In this document: positions 16,402 to 17,695 of the stretch, piece by piece
How the letters are laid out: each line of letters opens with the position of its first letter
How positions within the stretch are numbered: position 1 is the stretch's first letter
Virus record (IMG/VR): IMGVR_UViG_2778261667_000007
Location: 1 to 17,695 of that record
DNA length: 17,695 nucleotides
DNA from: a virus
Lineage: Duplodnaviria; Heunggongvirae; Uroviricota; Caudoviricetes
Strand: one strand, 5' to 3'
Translations under genes and position numbers: made by a program
The notes under the pieces: generated by a model
What the model was told of the DNA's origin: nothing
Database searches by the model: none
Seen by the model: the letters and a program-made list of their open reading frames with translations, nothing else

Positions 16402-17610
16402 ATGAGTCAACAAACTGATACTTCTAATCTGGATATCATCTCAGCCGCAATTGAAACGCTGCGGACACAGATCGCTCTTATTCAAAAGCGGAATCCGGGA
16501 GATGACCTCTCCAGGCGACTGCATGAGAGCGTCATTGCCACTACAGATAACCTGGTGGCGGAAATCAACCAGCTCCTTGATGATGGGGCAGTTGATTACA
16601 ATAAGCTGGTGGATCAGTTTGAGGAATATCAGCAAGCCGTTAATGATGGCTTGATCCGTTTTTCACAAGTCACTGGCGTACCAGCGACAGTTGAAAGCTT
16701 GGGTGATGCAGTTAATCAATTTGCCGTGAATATGCGTAATGAGATCGGCAATCTGGAGGCGCGTCTTGAACAGGCAAATACACTGCGCAAATCTGCTGAA
16801 GTTGATTTGAGCCGTTACAAAAAAGACTATCCGCCCAGCCTGACAAAACGACTGGATGTTGCGGAGAAGGATAACCGCACACTGAAAAGAGAGCGTCGGG
16901 AATTAAAAGAGCGTTTAACCAAGCTAAATCAGCAATGCATTGAGTATCAAGGCGAACTCGTCACATTGCGTAAAAAGTTAGCAGCGGCGCAGAGCATTAT
17001 TGAAACATTGAAACGAGAGTGCTCACAGCTTGGCCATGATCTGAATCGCGCCTGTGGTATGGGGCAAAGGCCAGAGACATTCCCGCTCATGTATGACGGA
17101 AGAGAAGCTATTGCCTATATTCATGAGTTTCCGCATGGTCTGGTCGCGGAGACTGGGCAACGTGGCGAAGCATTGCTTACGGCAAATTACCACCAACAAA
17201 TTAGAACCAGCCGCCTGCTGACGATGGATGTGATCCCGTCAGTATGGGGAACACCACTTTACTACCGAATTCCTGGCTTCGAAACGGACTGGAATACCGA
17301 CATAGACGAATGCCTGGCAGATAAAATAATGGCGTATCTGGAGACTGATTTCCCGCGTTTGTATCGCCGGATTATGGACTCTAAGGGCGCGCCGATCGAT
17401 GAATTGAAAATGCGCCCAGAGACACTGGAGGCAATCAAGCAGACAGAGTTTGATACAGTATTCAGTGTTGCCTGTATTCCAAGCAGCTTTCATGAAAGCA
17501 TTCCGTTCATGCAAGGCGAGCGTCGTCAGGAGATCATTGATGCTTGCCGGGTATGGGCGAACGAATGGGACAAGAAGAATGGGGGCGTAGAAGATCTTTA
17601 TGGGAAATAA
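16402..17610 (+). CDS. Hypothetical protein (402 aa): N-terminal coiled coil (~200 aa) plus C-terminal globular domain, function unknown
   Basis: ATG 16402 with SD; heptad-like N-terminal half (ETLRTQIALIQK ..., RTLKRERRELKERLTKLNQQCIEYQGELVTLRKKLAAAQSIIETLKRE). Bracketed by copies 3 and 4 of the motif and preceded by a terminator. Confidence 0.6.
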   Translation: MSQQTDTSNLDIISAAIETLRTQIALIQKRNPGDDLSRRLHESVIATTDNLVAEINQLLDDGAVDYNKLVDQFEEYQQAVNDGLIRFSQVTGVPATVESLGDAVNQFAVNMRNEIGNLEARLEQANTLRKSAEVDLSRYKKDYPPSLTKRLDVAEKDNRTLKRERRELKERLTKLNQQCIEYQGELVTLRKKLAAAQSIIETLKRECSQLGHDLNRACGMGQRPETFPLMYDGREAIAYIHEFPHGLVAETGQRGEALLTANYHQQIRTSRLLTMDVIPSVWGTPLYYRIPGFETDWNTDIDECLADKIMAYLETDFPRLYRRIMDSKGAPIDELKMRPETLEAIKQTEFDTVFSVACIPSSFHESIPFMQGERRQEIIDACRVWANEWDKKNGGVEDLYGK

Positions 17611-17611
17611 T

Positions 17612-17640
17612 GTGTTAGAAATCTAATTTTAATTAACAGG
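17612..17640 (+). promoter_or_regulatory. Recurrent motif copy 4: GTGTTAGAAATCTAATTTTAATTAACAGG, downstream of the 402-aa gene and upstream of the next gene beyond the window
   Basis: Read directly; an inverted partial copy (cttaacatag, 17661-17670) lies 20 bp further on. Confidence 0.4.
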
Positions 17641-17695
17641 TGTATTGATTGTGAAAATAACTTAACATAGAATTTTCCTTGCTGGTGGAGCGTTG

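Noticed and set aside
1-17695. CRISPR arrays, tRNA or rRNA genes
   Set aside because: No regularly spaced direct repeats with unique spacers, no cloverleaf-compatible segments with conserved T-loop/anticodon features, and no rRNA-like conserved blocks were recognised by eye. A tRNAscan/Infernal run would be needed to exclude small RNAs definitively.

Overview
This window looks like a segment of an enterobacterial temperate phage or phage-plasmid, P1-like in gene content but not in gene order. Nothing here was searched against a database; all calls rest on motifs read from the sequence and the ORF track. Left to right: two co-directional head-morphogenesis-like genes (portal-like 560 aa, prohead protease/scaffold-like 332 aa) ending at a strong terminator; a 320-aa helix-turn-helix protein gene carrying two internal palindromes; an immI-type antisense-RNA immunity module (promoter, c4-like RNA, icd-like 74 aa, Rha/Ant-like 235 aa) translationally coupled to a 65-aa DUF2829-like protein; a convergent CHAP/NlpC-P60-like peptidase gene; an IS200/IS605-family tnpB-only insertion with a candidate omega-RNA; a 2279-aa methyltransferase-helicase fusion (DarB-like antirestriction protein); a cluster of small genes including a VRR-NUC nuclease with no canonical in-frame start; and a 402-aa coiled-coil protein gene bracketed by a recurrent TGTTAGAAA motif that occurs at least five times in intergenic positions. 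The candidates for an undescribed system are the small-gene cluster downstream of the DarB-like gene and the insulated 402-aa gene, both of unknown function. No rRNA, tRNA or CRISPR array was recognised.
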